This document shows, one piece after another, positions 19,501-27,260 of a stretch of 64,000 nucleotides of DNA. This DNA comes from Planctomycetota bacterium. GTDB lineage: Bacteria; Planctomycetota; PLA2; JAEUHO01. Made by a program: the position numbers and the translations under genes. A model generated the notes under the pieces. The model saw nothing but the letters and a program-made list of their open reading frames with translations. It ran no database searches and was not told where the DNA came from. The stretch is from contig CBDCWP010000012.1 in the NCBI GenBank assembly GCA_965223505.1, positions 85,524 through 149,523 of the forward strand. Reading direction: 5' to 3'. How positions within the stretch are numbered: position 1 is the first letter of the stretch; each line of letters starts with the position of its first letter.

Positions 19501-20144
19501 CATTCGGCACGGACGTAGCGGTGGCGACCACCGTCAACCCCGGTCGCCGCATCGACAACGGCCAGTACCTGCCGCAGCCGAGCCGGGGCAAAGGGCTCAT
19601 TCCGATGAGCCAGGTGTTGCTGGCCGGTCCGAACGCCGGACGCGTGGTCATCTGCTGGACGGACATGCTCACCGACCCCGGTCGCACCGTGCTAGACACG
19701 ACGGTGATGAGCCAGTACTCGGACGACAACGGTGCGACCTGGAGCACGCCGCTGCCCGTGCACGGATTGCACTCGAACTTCCAGTTCTTCCCTTGGATGG
19801 GCGTGGACGAGGTACGCGGCGACATCTACATCGGCTACTACGATACGCGCAACGACCCGGCCAACACGTCGACGGAGTGGATGATGGCCGCCTCCGAGGA
19901 CGGGGTGCACTGGACCAACTCGTTCCTGGTCGCGCAGGCGCCCAGCCGAGCCGGCGCGTACGCGGGTGCGAACAACCGTGCGGACATGCTCGAGTACAAC
20001 GGTGTCGCGGTGAGCGACGGGTGTGTGTACACGTGCTGGGCGGACAACGCGAATTTCACGGGCGACAATCCGGACGGAACGCTCAATGCGAGCGGTTGGG
20101 ACGTGCTGACGAGCGTCTTGATGATCGACCCCGACGACAACTAG
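16506..20144 (+). CDS. Giant surface lipoprotein paralog (1212 aa): ~6 IPT/TIG-like repeats plus Asp-box beta-propeller
   Basis: Lipobox LGGC; collinear with 11581-15627 (e.g. VILPSGVFGTS/IILPSGVFGTS, IGAGLLGTIPEPTATAPGPGT, LEYNGV..DGCVY.CWADN); Asp-boxes YTLDGGDTW, SADGGASF, SDDNGATW, SEDGVHW. Confidence 0.88.
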   Translation: MDRVGIGAVALLVAFGLLGGCAGGEEAVLGLGTLTVTGYSSPTPALIPEIDTITGAGFQELVGTPCTVRYTAVGGATIFDGGRSDTVDVIGTITSPTTCQCTSPIADICGPTSVFAFVTIILPSGVFGTSTVPIAEFVAPTAVSIAGPGGGTVFPAAVPSAFVITGTGFGPIGGEVSITWTSGSALFEAGASQTTQTKGIITSATTIAGVSPLALVCGVASIAASITNVQFDKNTICTPTGTNIPVSFTAPTVTTVLNAGVAPYVGSPNFAAAVAEPFTVNGTGFGPLGGTVEITFNSQVVGPVYNGGTSPTTTVLGTITSSSTIAADFSPLPAICTAPSDLQSVMVTMPDGACSQPTGTATFIAPTIQSIANLDRPTPLRFSFFGRFFGNISDRFEIVGTDFGPVGGTAFVTFTVDTALSPVPATPFEGGTSLTTTVEATITSRTTMEGMSPLAVIGRELTDTNNTSTVCVTAGFSTDISFVLEGGSCPPVPLNDPQGGLDFVAPGPVFNPLGVNDVPSTILLGANDPEPFTLTGDGFGPPGSIAMVTFSDPGNAVFNGADSITVPAVVTNVSTLNGRLPTITAPRLAEDVGVRVVVTVFNGSFSWCDQVVNFVAPPTITSLTSTRQPFDQNAPAVALTTRWLGCVGSDTTISGNAFDPAITDLWYDQVLGDAFPIGAGLLGTIPEPTATAPGPGTLRTVTDNLFPVADTINGLSPVDNTLTKDTLTTLRVVNPDGQFDMRTSLTFATTGVMPNVNAGPDGGVNSEMQIAVNPTNVLNAAVCAHDLSTVNGQFSNQIYHSYTLDGGDTWVQFPIGPDTTAAPDGLGPAPRVFRFDPMCAFDAFGNYYAIYLADDNEDESTRFCVAQQSADGGASFGNVRLMAFPAVPGLDRETVATGPDAAVPGNQAVYVGIEDLGTQDQLCAGFTVPGLGLIGADYPSVIVNDGAPVGGFAHATPSVGPNGELYFSFIESSGIWPAATTSTIWFDTDIDGLGGAAFTFGTDVAVATTVNPGRRIDNGQYLPQPSRGKGLIPMSQVLLAGPNAGRVVICWTDMLTDPGRTVLDTTVMSQYSDDNGATWSTPLPVHGLHSNFQFFPWMGVDEVRGDIYIGYYDTRNDPANTSTEWMMAASEDGVHWTNSFLVAQAPSRAGAYAGANNRADMLEYNGVAVSDGCVYTCWADNANFTGDNPDGTLNASGWDVLTSVLMIDPDDN

Positions 20145-20165
20145 CCGAGGACGACCGAGCGAAGA

Positions 20166-20852
20166 CTACCGTTCGTCGCTTGGTTGTCGCGGTGAACCGT
20201 CCGACCGGGACAGCGAACCGCTGCCGACCAACGCGTCGAGCGTGCGCTCGAGCACCTGCTCCGGAACGAGCTTCGCGAGCTCGTCGCGGAAGGTCGCCTT
20301 CGCTTTGGCGAGCTCTTCGAGCTGCGCCTTCCGTTCGATGACGCCCCGGTCGCGCAGGTCCTGCCAGAACGTCGTCATCCGGTCGCGATGCGCGAGGGCC
20401 AGTTGGATGACGCCCTCGCGTTCGTCGTCGGTCAACCGCAGATCGAGGCGATCGAGATTGCGCTCGGTGATCGTGCGGAACTGGCGTTGCCTGTCGCGGC
20501 GCTTCAGCTCCGTCAAGTGCGCCTTGAGGGCGTCGAGCGTTACATCGTCGAACTCGCTCGTCGCGGGCGGCACCAGATCGCGCAACGCCGTCGAGTCGAC
20601 CTTGCCCGGCTCCGGAAACGCGGCACGTATTCGGGACAGCTCTCCCTCGATGCTCTGCTGGCGCGCTTCGAGCTGCTGCAGCCGATCCGCGATCTCCCGC
20701 AACGGGTCCGGTCCCAGTCCCGGCTCTTCGACGCGATCGAAGTCCGGGTCCAGCGTCTCGGAGGAAGGGGCGTCTCGGATGACCGTGTCGTAGATCCCGA
20801 TCGCAGCCGCCGCGATGACGACGTTGAGCAGCAGTGCGGGGAGCGGCTTCAT
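20166..20852 (-). CDS. Membrane-anchored coiled-coil hypothetical protein (228 aa), probable paralog of 15712-16338
   Basis: MKPLPALLLNVVIAAAAIGIYD anchor, IADRLQQLE coil, helical C-terminus ending ...LVPEQV; TAGGAT box 8 nt upstream. Confidence 0.8.
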   Translation of the reverse strand: MKPLPALLLNVVIAAAAIGIYDTVIRDAPSSETLDPDFDRVEEPGLGPDPLREIADRLQQLEARQQSIEGELSRIRAAFPEPGKVDSTALRDLVPPATSEFDDVTLDALKAHLTELKRRDRQRQFRTITERNLDRLDLRLTDDEREGVIQLALAHRDRMTTFWQDLRDRGVIERKAQLEELAKAKATFRDELAKLVPEQVLERTLDALVGSGSLSRSDGSPRQPSDER

Positions 20853-20968
20853 CGCGCCGCATCCTACCGATACGCCGACCCGTCCGTCATCGACAAACGC
20901 ACGAACAGGCTCCCCAGCGAGCTGCCCGCGTGAGACGCTAGGGTACTGTCCACGGACCCCTCGCACGC

Positions 20969-21214
20969 GTGCGGGCAACTCCCGTCGGTGTCGTCATCGC
21001 CGACGAGTCGATGCCTTCCGAGCGCGTCCACGATCATCACCGGCAGCTCTTGCGCCTGCTCCGCGCCGACACGCGGCACTGGGCGCACATCGGCAGCGTC
21101 GAGTCCGTGCGCTTTGGGCGGCACCATCGCAAGCAGGTGCACCTCTTCCGGCAGATCGGTCACGAGGACCTGCCGAAGCGGGCGTTGACCCTCGAAGACG
21201 CGCGGCCGCCGTAG
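20969..21214 (+). CDS. Possible small hypothetical protein
   Basis: Fills the gap between two minus-strand genes and ends convergent with the deacetylase; no motif recognised, start uncertain. Confidence 0.4.
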   Translation: MRATPVGVVIADESMPSERVHDHHRQLLRLLRADTRHWAHIGSVESVRFGRHHRKQVHLFRQIGHEDLPKRALTLEDARPP

Positions 21215-21221
21215 GCGTTCG

Positions 21222-22214
21222 CTAAGGGCCCCGAAGCGCGTTCCAGGCGCCCGACGTCAGCAGCTTGAAGCGGCCGAGACTCAGGTCGGATCCGATGCAC
21301 ATGCGCGGCAGGGCCAGCGGGTCCGACTGCGCATCGACGAGGCCGTTCTCCGTGCTCACTGCCCAGTGCAGGCTCAGCGCCTTCACGGCGGCCTTCGCGC
21401 GAGCGTCGAAGTCCTCCGCTCGTCCGTTCGGGTACGCAAAGCAGGTCGGCGTCACGCCGACGCGCCGTGCGACCTCGGCGTGCGACAGGCGGACCTCGCT
21501 CTCCACCTGCGCGTCGTGCAGCCGGGAGAGCAGATCGTGTCGCGTCGTGTGACCGCCGAACGCGATCAGGCCCGTCTCGGCCAAGGCGCCGACGTCATGC
21601 CAGGACATGAGGGTGAACGGTCCCGGCTCCGGGTCGATGCCGAGCGCGTCGAGCAGCTGCTGAAGCTGCGCGTCCTTGTCCGGCGCGGGCAAGCGCTTGC
21701 AGTGCGTCAGCACCCGTTCGACGGCCTCCGCCTTGGCGCGTGCGTCCGCGAGCGAGAGCGTGCCGAGGTCCATGTGCGTCGCGTCGAGCCATGCAGCATC
21801 GGTCTGTTGCAGGGCGAGATACACCCGGTCGGGCCAGAGCGCCTTGTTCGTTCCGACGAAGCCCGTCACCAGGAAGATCGTGGCCGGCAGGCCGAGCTCC
21901 TGCAGAACCGGCAGAGCGACGGTGCGGTTGTTCAGGAACCCGTCGTCGAAGGTGATGGCGCACGACCGCTCCGGCAGCGTGCCGTCCGCGAGGTGGCGCA
22001 GCGCGTCGCCGAGCGGCAGTACCTCGTAGTTGCGCTTGACGTAGCGGAGCTGCTCCCGGAACGCATCGACCGGCAGCATGTGCCAGCAGAAGGGGTCGAG
22101 CGCCTGCTCGACCACGCCGTGGTACATGAGGATCAAGAGGCTTCGGCGGTTCCGACGCCGGAACCAGCCCGGCAGCCCCGACGCGCACAACACACGGTCC
22201 GCGACGCTTCTCAC
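21222..22214 (-). CDS. Polysaccharide deacetylase (CE4)
   Basis: LILMYHGV, ITFDDG, GGHTTRH, FAYPNG; GTG overlaps the upstream stop. Confidence 0.92.
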   Translation of the reverse strand: MRSVADRVLCASGLPGWFRRRNRRSLLILMYHGVVEQALDPFCWHMLPVDAFREQLRYVKRNYEVLPLGDALRHLADGTLPERSCAITFDDGFLNNRTVALPVLQELGLPATIFLVTGFVGTNKALWPDRVYLALQQTDAAWLDATHMDLGTLSLADARAKAEAVERVLTHCKRLPAPDKDAQLQQLLDALGIDPEPGPFTLMSWHDVGALAETGLIAFGGHTTRHDLLSRLHDAQVESEVRLSHAEVARRVGVTPTCFAYPNGRAEDFDARAKAAVKALSLHWAVSTENGLVDAQSDPLALPRMCIGSDLSLGRFKLLTSGAWNALRGP

Positions 22215-23434
22215 GCGACACCTCGCGCCGACGCCTCGGCCAGCACGTTCCAGACGCCGGCCTGGATGGGCGCGATGCGGTCCCACTCGTAGTGTTCCAT
22301 CACACGCATGTGTCCCGTCATCGCCCGCGCCTTCGCCGCCGCGGGGTTGGCCATCGCCTCCGCCAGCGCATCCGCGAACGCCTCCGCTCCGTCGGCCAGC
22401 ACGATGCCGTCGCCCAGATCCAGGCCTTCCGCGCCGACGGTCGTCGAGACCACCGGCCGTTCCATCGCAAGCGCCTCGCAGATCTTCAGCCGCGACCCGC
22501 CACCGATGCGCAGCGGTACCGCGCACACGGCCGCGCGCGCCACGAACGGGCGCACGTCCGGCACGCTGCCGTGCACGTCGACGCCCTCGAGCGTCCGAAC
22601 GCGCTCGAGGAGCCACTGCGGCGCGTTGCGTCCGACCACCTGCAGCACCGCGCGGGGCTCGCGCTCGCGCAGGGGCGCCAGCACCTCGTCCAGGAACCAC
22701 GACACCGCGTCGAGGTTGGGCCGCCAGTCGAGGGAGCCGACGAACAGGATCTCGTGCGGTCGCACTGCGACCTCGGGATCCGGCGCGAAGTAGGAGGCGT
22801 TCACGCCGTTGGGAACGACGGTCACGTGCTCTTGACCGGCCCAACTCCGAATTCGATCGGCGTCGTTGTCGCTCACCGCCGTGACCGCGTGCGCCGCGGC
22901 GAGCGTCTTGCGCTCGAAGCTGCGTACCTTGCGAAGCTGGATCGAGATGTAGCGCCGGCGCGCGAACGAGGTCTCGTTCTCCAGATAACGCGCCCAGATG
23001 TCGCTCTCGACGTTGTGCGCCGCCACGCAGACCGGAACGCGCGTGCCGGGTGGGAGGTTGGCCGCGAGCGGCGTCCATTCGACGTGCACCGCATCCGGTT
23101 TCCAGCTCGTGATCTGCTCGCGCACTGCGGCGCGCAGCGCCTTGGTTCGATGCGCCATGACCATGTACGGTACGGGCAGCGCCAGGTTGCGGGCCAGGTC
23201 CCACGCGAACCGGGCGCCGCCCTTCTTCAGCGGCTTCCGCGCAACGGGAAACGGCTCGATGTCGGCCGCACGCGCTGCCTCGACCTCGGCAGGCGGCGTT
23301 CCGCCGTCGTCGCTGTACACCAGCTTGATCTCGAAGTGCTCGGCGAGACGCCGGAGCAGCTCCCACGTGCGAATGCGCTTGCCCGAGTCCGGCGGACGCG
23401 GCAACGCTTCGTCGATGACGAGGATGCGCGTCAC
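22211..23434 (-). CDS. Glycosyltransferase family 4
   Basis: RILVIDEALPRPPDSGKRIR, HNVES, VVPNGV, FVGSLDWRPN, PLRIGGGSRLKICEALAM. Confidence 0.93.
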   Translation of the reverse strand: MTRILVIDEALPRPPDSGKRIRTWELLRRLAEHFEIKLVYSDDGGTPPAEVEAARAADIEPFPVARKPLKKGGARFAWDLARNLALPVPYMVMAHRTKALRAAVREQITSWKPDAVHVEWTPLAANLPPGTRVPVCVAAHNVESDIWARYLENETSFARRRYISIQLRKVRSFERKTLAAAHAVTAVSDNDADRIRSWAGQEHVTVVPNGVNASYFAPDPEVAVRPHEILFVGSLDWRPNLDAVSWFLDEVLAPLREREPRAVLQVVGRNAPQWLLERVRTLEGVDVHGSVPDVRPFVARAAVCAVPLRIGGGSRLKICEALAMERPVVSTTVGAEGLDLGDGIVLADGAEAFADALAEAMANPAAAKARAMTGHMRVMEHYEWDRIAPIQAGVWNVLAEASARGVA

Positions 23435-24795
23435 GGAAGCGGCACCCGGCTGATCATGTACCGCACCTTGCCGTTCGGCTCGGGCGCGATCTCGTCCACG
23501 CGGTGCGCCCGGATCTCGAGCTCGCCGTCGAAGAAACGTCGCAGCAGGTCCAGGTACGCATCCAGATGCCGGGGTTCGAAATTCGTGGCGGGCACCCAGT
23601 TCACGTCGAGCGTACGCGGATCGCTCTGCACCAGCTGCACGTCGAGGATGCCCATCGCATCCTGCTGGATGCCGCGTACGTCCATCGAGACGCCCGGCAC
23701 GATCCGGCCGGACGGCAACACGAAGCAGTCGCTCTCGCGACCTTCGAGTCGCGCGAGAACGGGCCGCGGGTCGCCGCACCGGCACGGCGTATCGCCCAAC
23801 GCCCCCCGATCTCCGATCTCGAACCGAATCATCGGGAACGCGTCGTTGAGCAGGTCCGTGACGAGCAGCCGGCCGTCGTCGGTGGTCTCGACGACCGACC
23901 CGGCGGTGTTGAGGTGCAGGACGTGCTCTGCAGCGCACTCCGAAGCGATCCACCCGAGCTCGCGCGCGCCGTAGAACGTCAAGACGTTTGCGTTGAGCGC
24001 CGCGCCGATCCGTTCGCGTTGATCGTCGTACGCCGGCTCGGCCGTCAGGACCACCAACGGAATGTGCAGCGACGCGTTCCGCTCGACCAGCCGGCGCGCG
24101 AGCAGGTCCGTCGAGCTGGGGTAGCCCTGCAACACGTGCGGGCGGAACTTGCGCAGCGTGTTGACGTAGCGGTCGAGGGTCTCGGCGTCCAGCGACTGCC
24201 CCGGCAGCCCGATGCAGCGCTCGACGTGCCAGTCGATCAGGTCCGACTTCACGCGCCGCCAGCCCTCGAGGTCGGTCGCCAGGTCGCCGAGGGCGCCCCA
24301 CAGGTACACCGAACGCGAGCCGTCGAACCAGCCCATCAGGCGCTGCAGCGCCATCGTCTGCGCGTTCTTGCGGTCGATCGTGTCCTGGGTCTGGAAGAAC
24401 GGCACCGGCTCGCCCGTCGTACCGCCCGACGTGGCCCGCACGAGCTTCGTCGTTCCGATGGCGGACGAGGCGATGTCGTCCGCGTGCTCGATCACCTGGG
24501 CCTTGGTCAGCGCGGGCAACGCGCCGAGATCGTCGATCGACGTCACCGCGCCCGCATCGAAGCCCGCCTCGTCCATGCGCCGACGATGGAAGGGCGACGA
24601 GGCGTACGCGTGGACGAGCAGCGCGCGCAGGTCCTCGAGCTGGCGCGCCGCGAGCTCGTCGGCGGCGAGCCGGTAGCGCGCCTCGTACTCGGGCACGTAC
24701 TTGCGTGCGTGACTCCCGCGCCAACGATCGAGCATGGGAATGACGATGCGGCTGAAGAACCGAGCGGCGCCGCGCGTGGGGGGGCCGTCCGCCAT
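23431..24795 (-). CDS. Phenylacetate-CoA ligase-like / CapK-family adenylate-forming enzyme
   Basis: TSGGTTGEP, LQGYPS, YGARE, VTDLLN.AFPMIRFEIGD, LEGR, GKVRY. Confidence 0.9.
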   Translation of the reverse strand: MADGPPTRGAARFFSRIVIPMLDRWRGSHARKYVPEYEARYRLAADELAARQLEDLRALLVHAYASSPFHRRRMDEAGFDAGAVTSIDDLGALPALTKAQVIEHADDIASSAIGTTKLVRATSGGTTGEPVPFFQTQDTIDRKNAQTMALQRLMGWFDGSRSVYLWGALGDLATDLEGWRRVKSDLIDWHVERCIGLPGQSLDAETLDRYVNTLRKFRPHVLQGYPSSTDLLARRLVERNASLHIPLVVLTAEPAYDDQRERIGAALNANVLTFYGARELGWIASECAAEHVLHLNTAGSVVETTDDGRLLVTDLLNDAFPMIRFEIGDRGALGDTPCRCGDPRPVLARLEGRESDCFVLPSGRIVPGVSMDVRGIQQDAMGILDVQLVQSDPRTLDVNWVPATNFEPRHLDAYLDLLRRFFDGELEIRAHRVDEIAPEPNGKVRYMISRVPLP

Positions 24796-25832
24796 CAGGC
24801 CGTTCGCTCCACGGCCTCCGGCAGCGACGAGAGCCGGCCTCTGAGGTATCCGCAGCCCAGACCCGCGTGAATCGTCGCGAAGACGAGCGGCAGGAGCGGG
24901 AGGAGCGACCATCCTCGCTTGGCCGCCGTGATCGCCGATGCCGCGAGCGACAGGACGAGGTAGAGCGTCCACGGTCCGGTGATCGGCCAGTGCCAAGGCG
25001 CCGGGAGGATCAACCCGATCGGAAACAGCACCAGTCCGACGACGAACGCCGCGGGGACGAGCGACTCGAGCGTGAAGGCCTCGGGGTGCTTGGCGTGCAG
25101 GCGCGCGCGGCCCAGGCCGTAGCGGAACATCTGCTTGAAGAGCCCGCCGAGCGTGCGCCGCGGCTCGTACGCGACCGCCAGCTTGGGGCTCGTCCAGCAG
25201 ACGAGGCCCGCCTGCTCGACGCGGTAGTTGAACTCGACGTCCTCGCATGCGTCGAAGGCGGGGTCGAAGTTCCCGACCTTGCGGAAGACGGTGCGGCGGT
25301 ACATGGCGCCGGCGCTCACCGGGCTGACCTGGCGTTCGCCCTTGTCGAAGATCGTCGAGCGCAGGCTGTGGCCGAACGGCGAGCTGCGGCCCGCGGCGAT
25401 CGCTCGTGTCAGCGTGTCGCCCTCGTCGCTCTGCAGCGGCTGCGGACGCGAAAGCGCGTCGGCCTGCGTGCGAGCGAACAGGTCCACCATGTCGGTGAGC
25501 AGGGTCTTGCTGGGAATGCGGCAGTGTCCGTCGACGTACAGGAGAAAACGGCCGTACGCGTTCTCCGCGCCCAGCGCGCGCGCCGCGGACGACAGCCGGC
25601 GGGGGTTGGACAGCAGGCGCACCCGCGGATCTCTCTCGGCGACGGCTTCGACACGCGCGACCGTGTCGTCTTCGCTCTCGCCGTCGACGACGATGATCTC
25701 CATCGTGAGGCCGTCCAGCTCCTGGGCCTGGAGGTCCTCCAGCACGGCCCTGATGTGGCGCCCTTCGTTGCGCACGGGCAGGATCACGCTCACGTCCGGC
25801 CTCTTCGTGTCGGCTTGCGGCGCTGCCTGCAT
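24795..25832 (-). CDS. Glycosyltransferase family 2 (ExoA-like)
   Basis: VSVILPVRNE, VVDGESEDDT, VDGH, FD...ACEDVEFNYR, QMFRYG.GR, C-terminal TM helices. Confidence 0.92.
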   Translation of the reverse strand: MQAAPQADTKRPDVSVILPVRNEGRHIRAVLEDLQAQELDGLTMEIIVVDGESEDDTVARVEAVAERDPRVRLLSNPRRLSSAARALGAENAYGRFLLYVDGHCRIPSKTLLTDMVDLFARTQADALSRPQPLQSDEGDTLTRAIAAGRSSPFGHSLRSTIFDKGERQVSPVSAGAMYRRTVFRKVGNFDPAFDACEDVEFNYRVEQAGLVCWTSPKLAVAYEPRRTLGGLFKQMFRYGLGRARLHAKHPEAFTLESLVPAAFVVGLVLFPIGLILPAPWHWPITGPWTLYLVLSLAASAITAAKRGWSLLPLLPLVFATIHAGLGCGYLRGRLSSLPEAVERTA

Positions 25833-25952
25833 GGTCGTCGTCGAGCGTAGCACGTGTTATTCCGGGCCCTCAGCGGCAAGATCAAGGCGTTGATCGGCCG
25901 ATGTAGAGGTACGTAGCATCTCCTCTCTATCGGCAGAAACCGGGAGCCTCCC

Positions 25953-27260
25953 TTGATCGCGCGCCTGATCTGGCATCTCGGACCGTCGCGCCGCAACCGG
26001 GGCTGGCGACGCTACCTGCCGCGGATCGAGAGGCTGGCGGCCGGATCGCGCGACGATCTCGACGCGTGGCAGTCCGAGGCCCTATCGGATCACCTCGCGT
26101 GGATTCGTGAGGCCGTCCCGTACTTTCGCGATCGCGTCGCTTCGAACGACCTCGCGGACTTTCCGATTCTCACGCGGGCCGACCTGCAGAGCGGCCTCGA
26201 GGACCTGCGCGACGCAACGCGGCCGCGGGACGCGTTCAAGCTCGACGCCAGCGGCGGGTCGACCGGCAAGCCGGTGCAGTTCTTCCAGGACGACGCCTAC
26301 TGGCATCAGGAGTTCGCGACCGAGGTGTTCCTGTCGCGTTGGTGGGGCGTGCGACCCTGGTCGCCGACCGCCTACCTGTGGGGGGTCGACGATCCGGCGT
26401 CGGTCTCCTGGAAAGCCAAGCTCGAGATGCGTTTGCTCGGAATCGCGGTGCTCGACGTCTTCGATCTGACCGACGCCACGATGGGCGCGTTCCTCGAACG
26501 ACTGCGCAGCCTGCGCCCCGCCTGCATCCAAGGCTACGTGTCGGCGTTGGACACCTTCGGCCGCTACGCGGCGGATCATGGGGGGCTGGGGTTTCGCCCG
26601 ACCATCGTGCGCTCCGCCGCCGAAGCGTTGGACGACGAGCGGCGCGCGCGCATCGAGGCGTCGTTCGACACGCGCGTCGTCGACGCGTACGGTTCGCGCG
26701 AGAGTGCGTCCATGGCCGCGCAGTGTCTGCACGGCAACTACCACGTGCTGTCGCACGGCAAGGTGATCGAGCTGGTCGACGAGAAGGGCGACGCCGTGTC
26801 GCCGGGTACGCCCGGCCGCGTGCTCGTCACCGATCTCACGAACCGCGCGTTCGGATTCGTTCGCTACGAGAATGGCGACGTCGCGTCGTGGTCGCGTGCG
26901 TCCGCGTGCGACTGCGGCTGTCCGTATCCGATGCTCGAACGCATCCACGGGCGCACGTCCGACTTCATTCGTACGGTCGACGGCGCGCGGGTGCACGGCG
27001 AGTGGTTCTCGCACCTCTTCTACGGCAACGCCGCGGTCACGCGCTTCCAGGTGCGGCAGTCGCGCATCGACCGAGTCGAGATCCTGACCGAGGGGCCGGC
27101 TGGCGAAGCCGATCTCGCGCCCCTGCTTGCGGCGGTGCGCGAGCGCCTCGGCGACGGCGTCGAGGTGACCTGGCGATCCGTCGATGCGATCCCGCTGACT
27201 CCTTCGGGCAAGTACCGCTTCACCGTCTCCGAAGTGCCGTTCGCGTCGGAGTCACCGTGA
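25953..27260 (+). CDS. Second phenylacetate-CoA ligase-like / CapK-family enzyme
   Basis: SGGSTGKP, IQGYVS, YGSRE, VTDLTN..RYENGD, IHGR, SGKYRF. Confidence 0.9.
   Translation: MIARLIWHLGPSRRNRGWRRYLPRIERLAAGSRDDLDAWQSEALSDHLAWIREAVPYFRDRVASNDLADFPILTRADLQSGLEDLRDATRPRDAFKLDASGGSTGKPVQFFQDDAYWHQEFATEVFLSRWWGVRPWSPTAYLWGVDDPASVSWKAKLEMRLLGIAVLDVFDLTDATMGAFLERLRSLRPACIQGYVSALDTFGRYAADHGGLGFRPTIVRSAAEALDDERRARIEASFDTRVVDAYGSRESASMAAQCLHGNYHVLSHGKVIELVDEKGDAVSPGTPGRVLVTDLTNRAFGFVRYENGDVASWSRASACDCGCPYPMLERIHGRTSDFIRTVDGARVHGEWFSHLFYGNAAVTRFQVRQSRIDRVEILTEGPAGEADLAPLLAAVRERLGDGVEVTWRSVDAIPLTPSGKYRFTVSEVPFASESP

Noticed and set aside
11581..20144. CRISPR array or DGR template/variable repeat behind the repeated DNA
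   Set aside because: The repeats are degenerate in-frame protein repeats; there is no constant repeat-spacer period, no adenine-specific variation, and no RT or cas gene.
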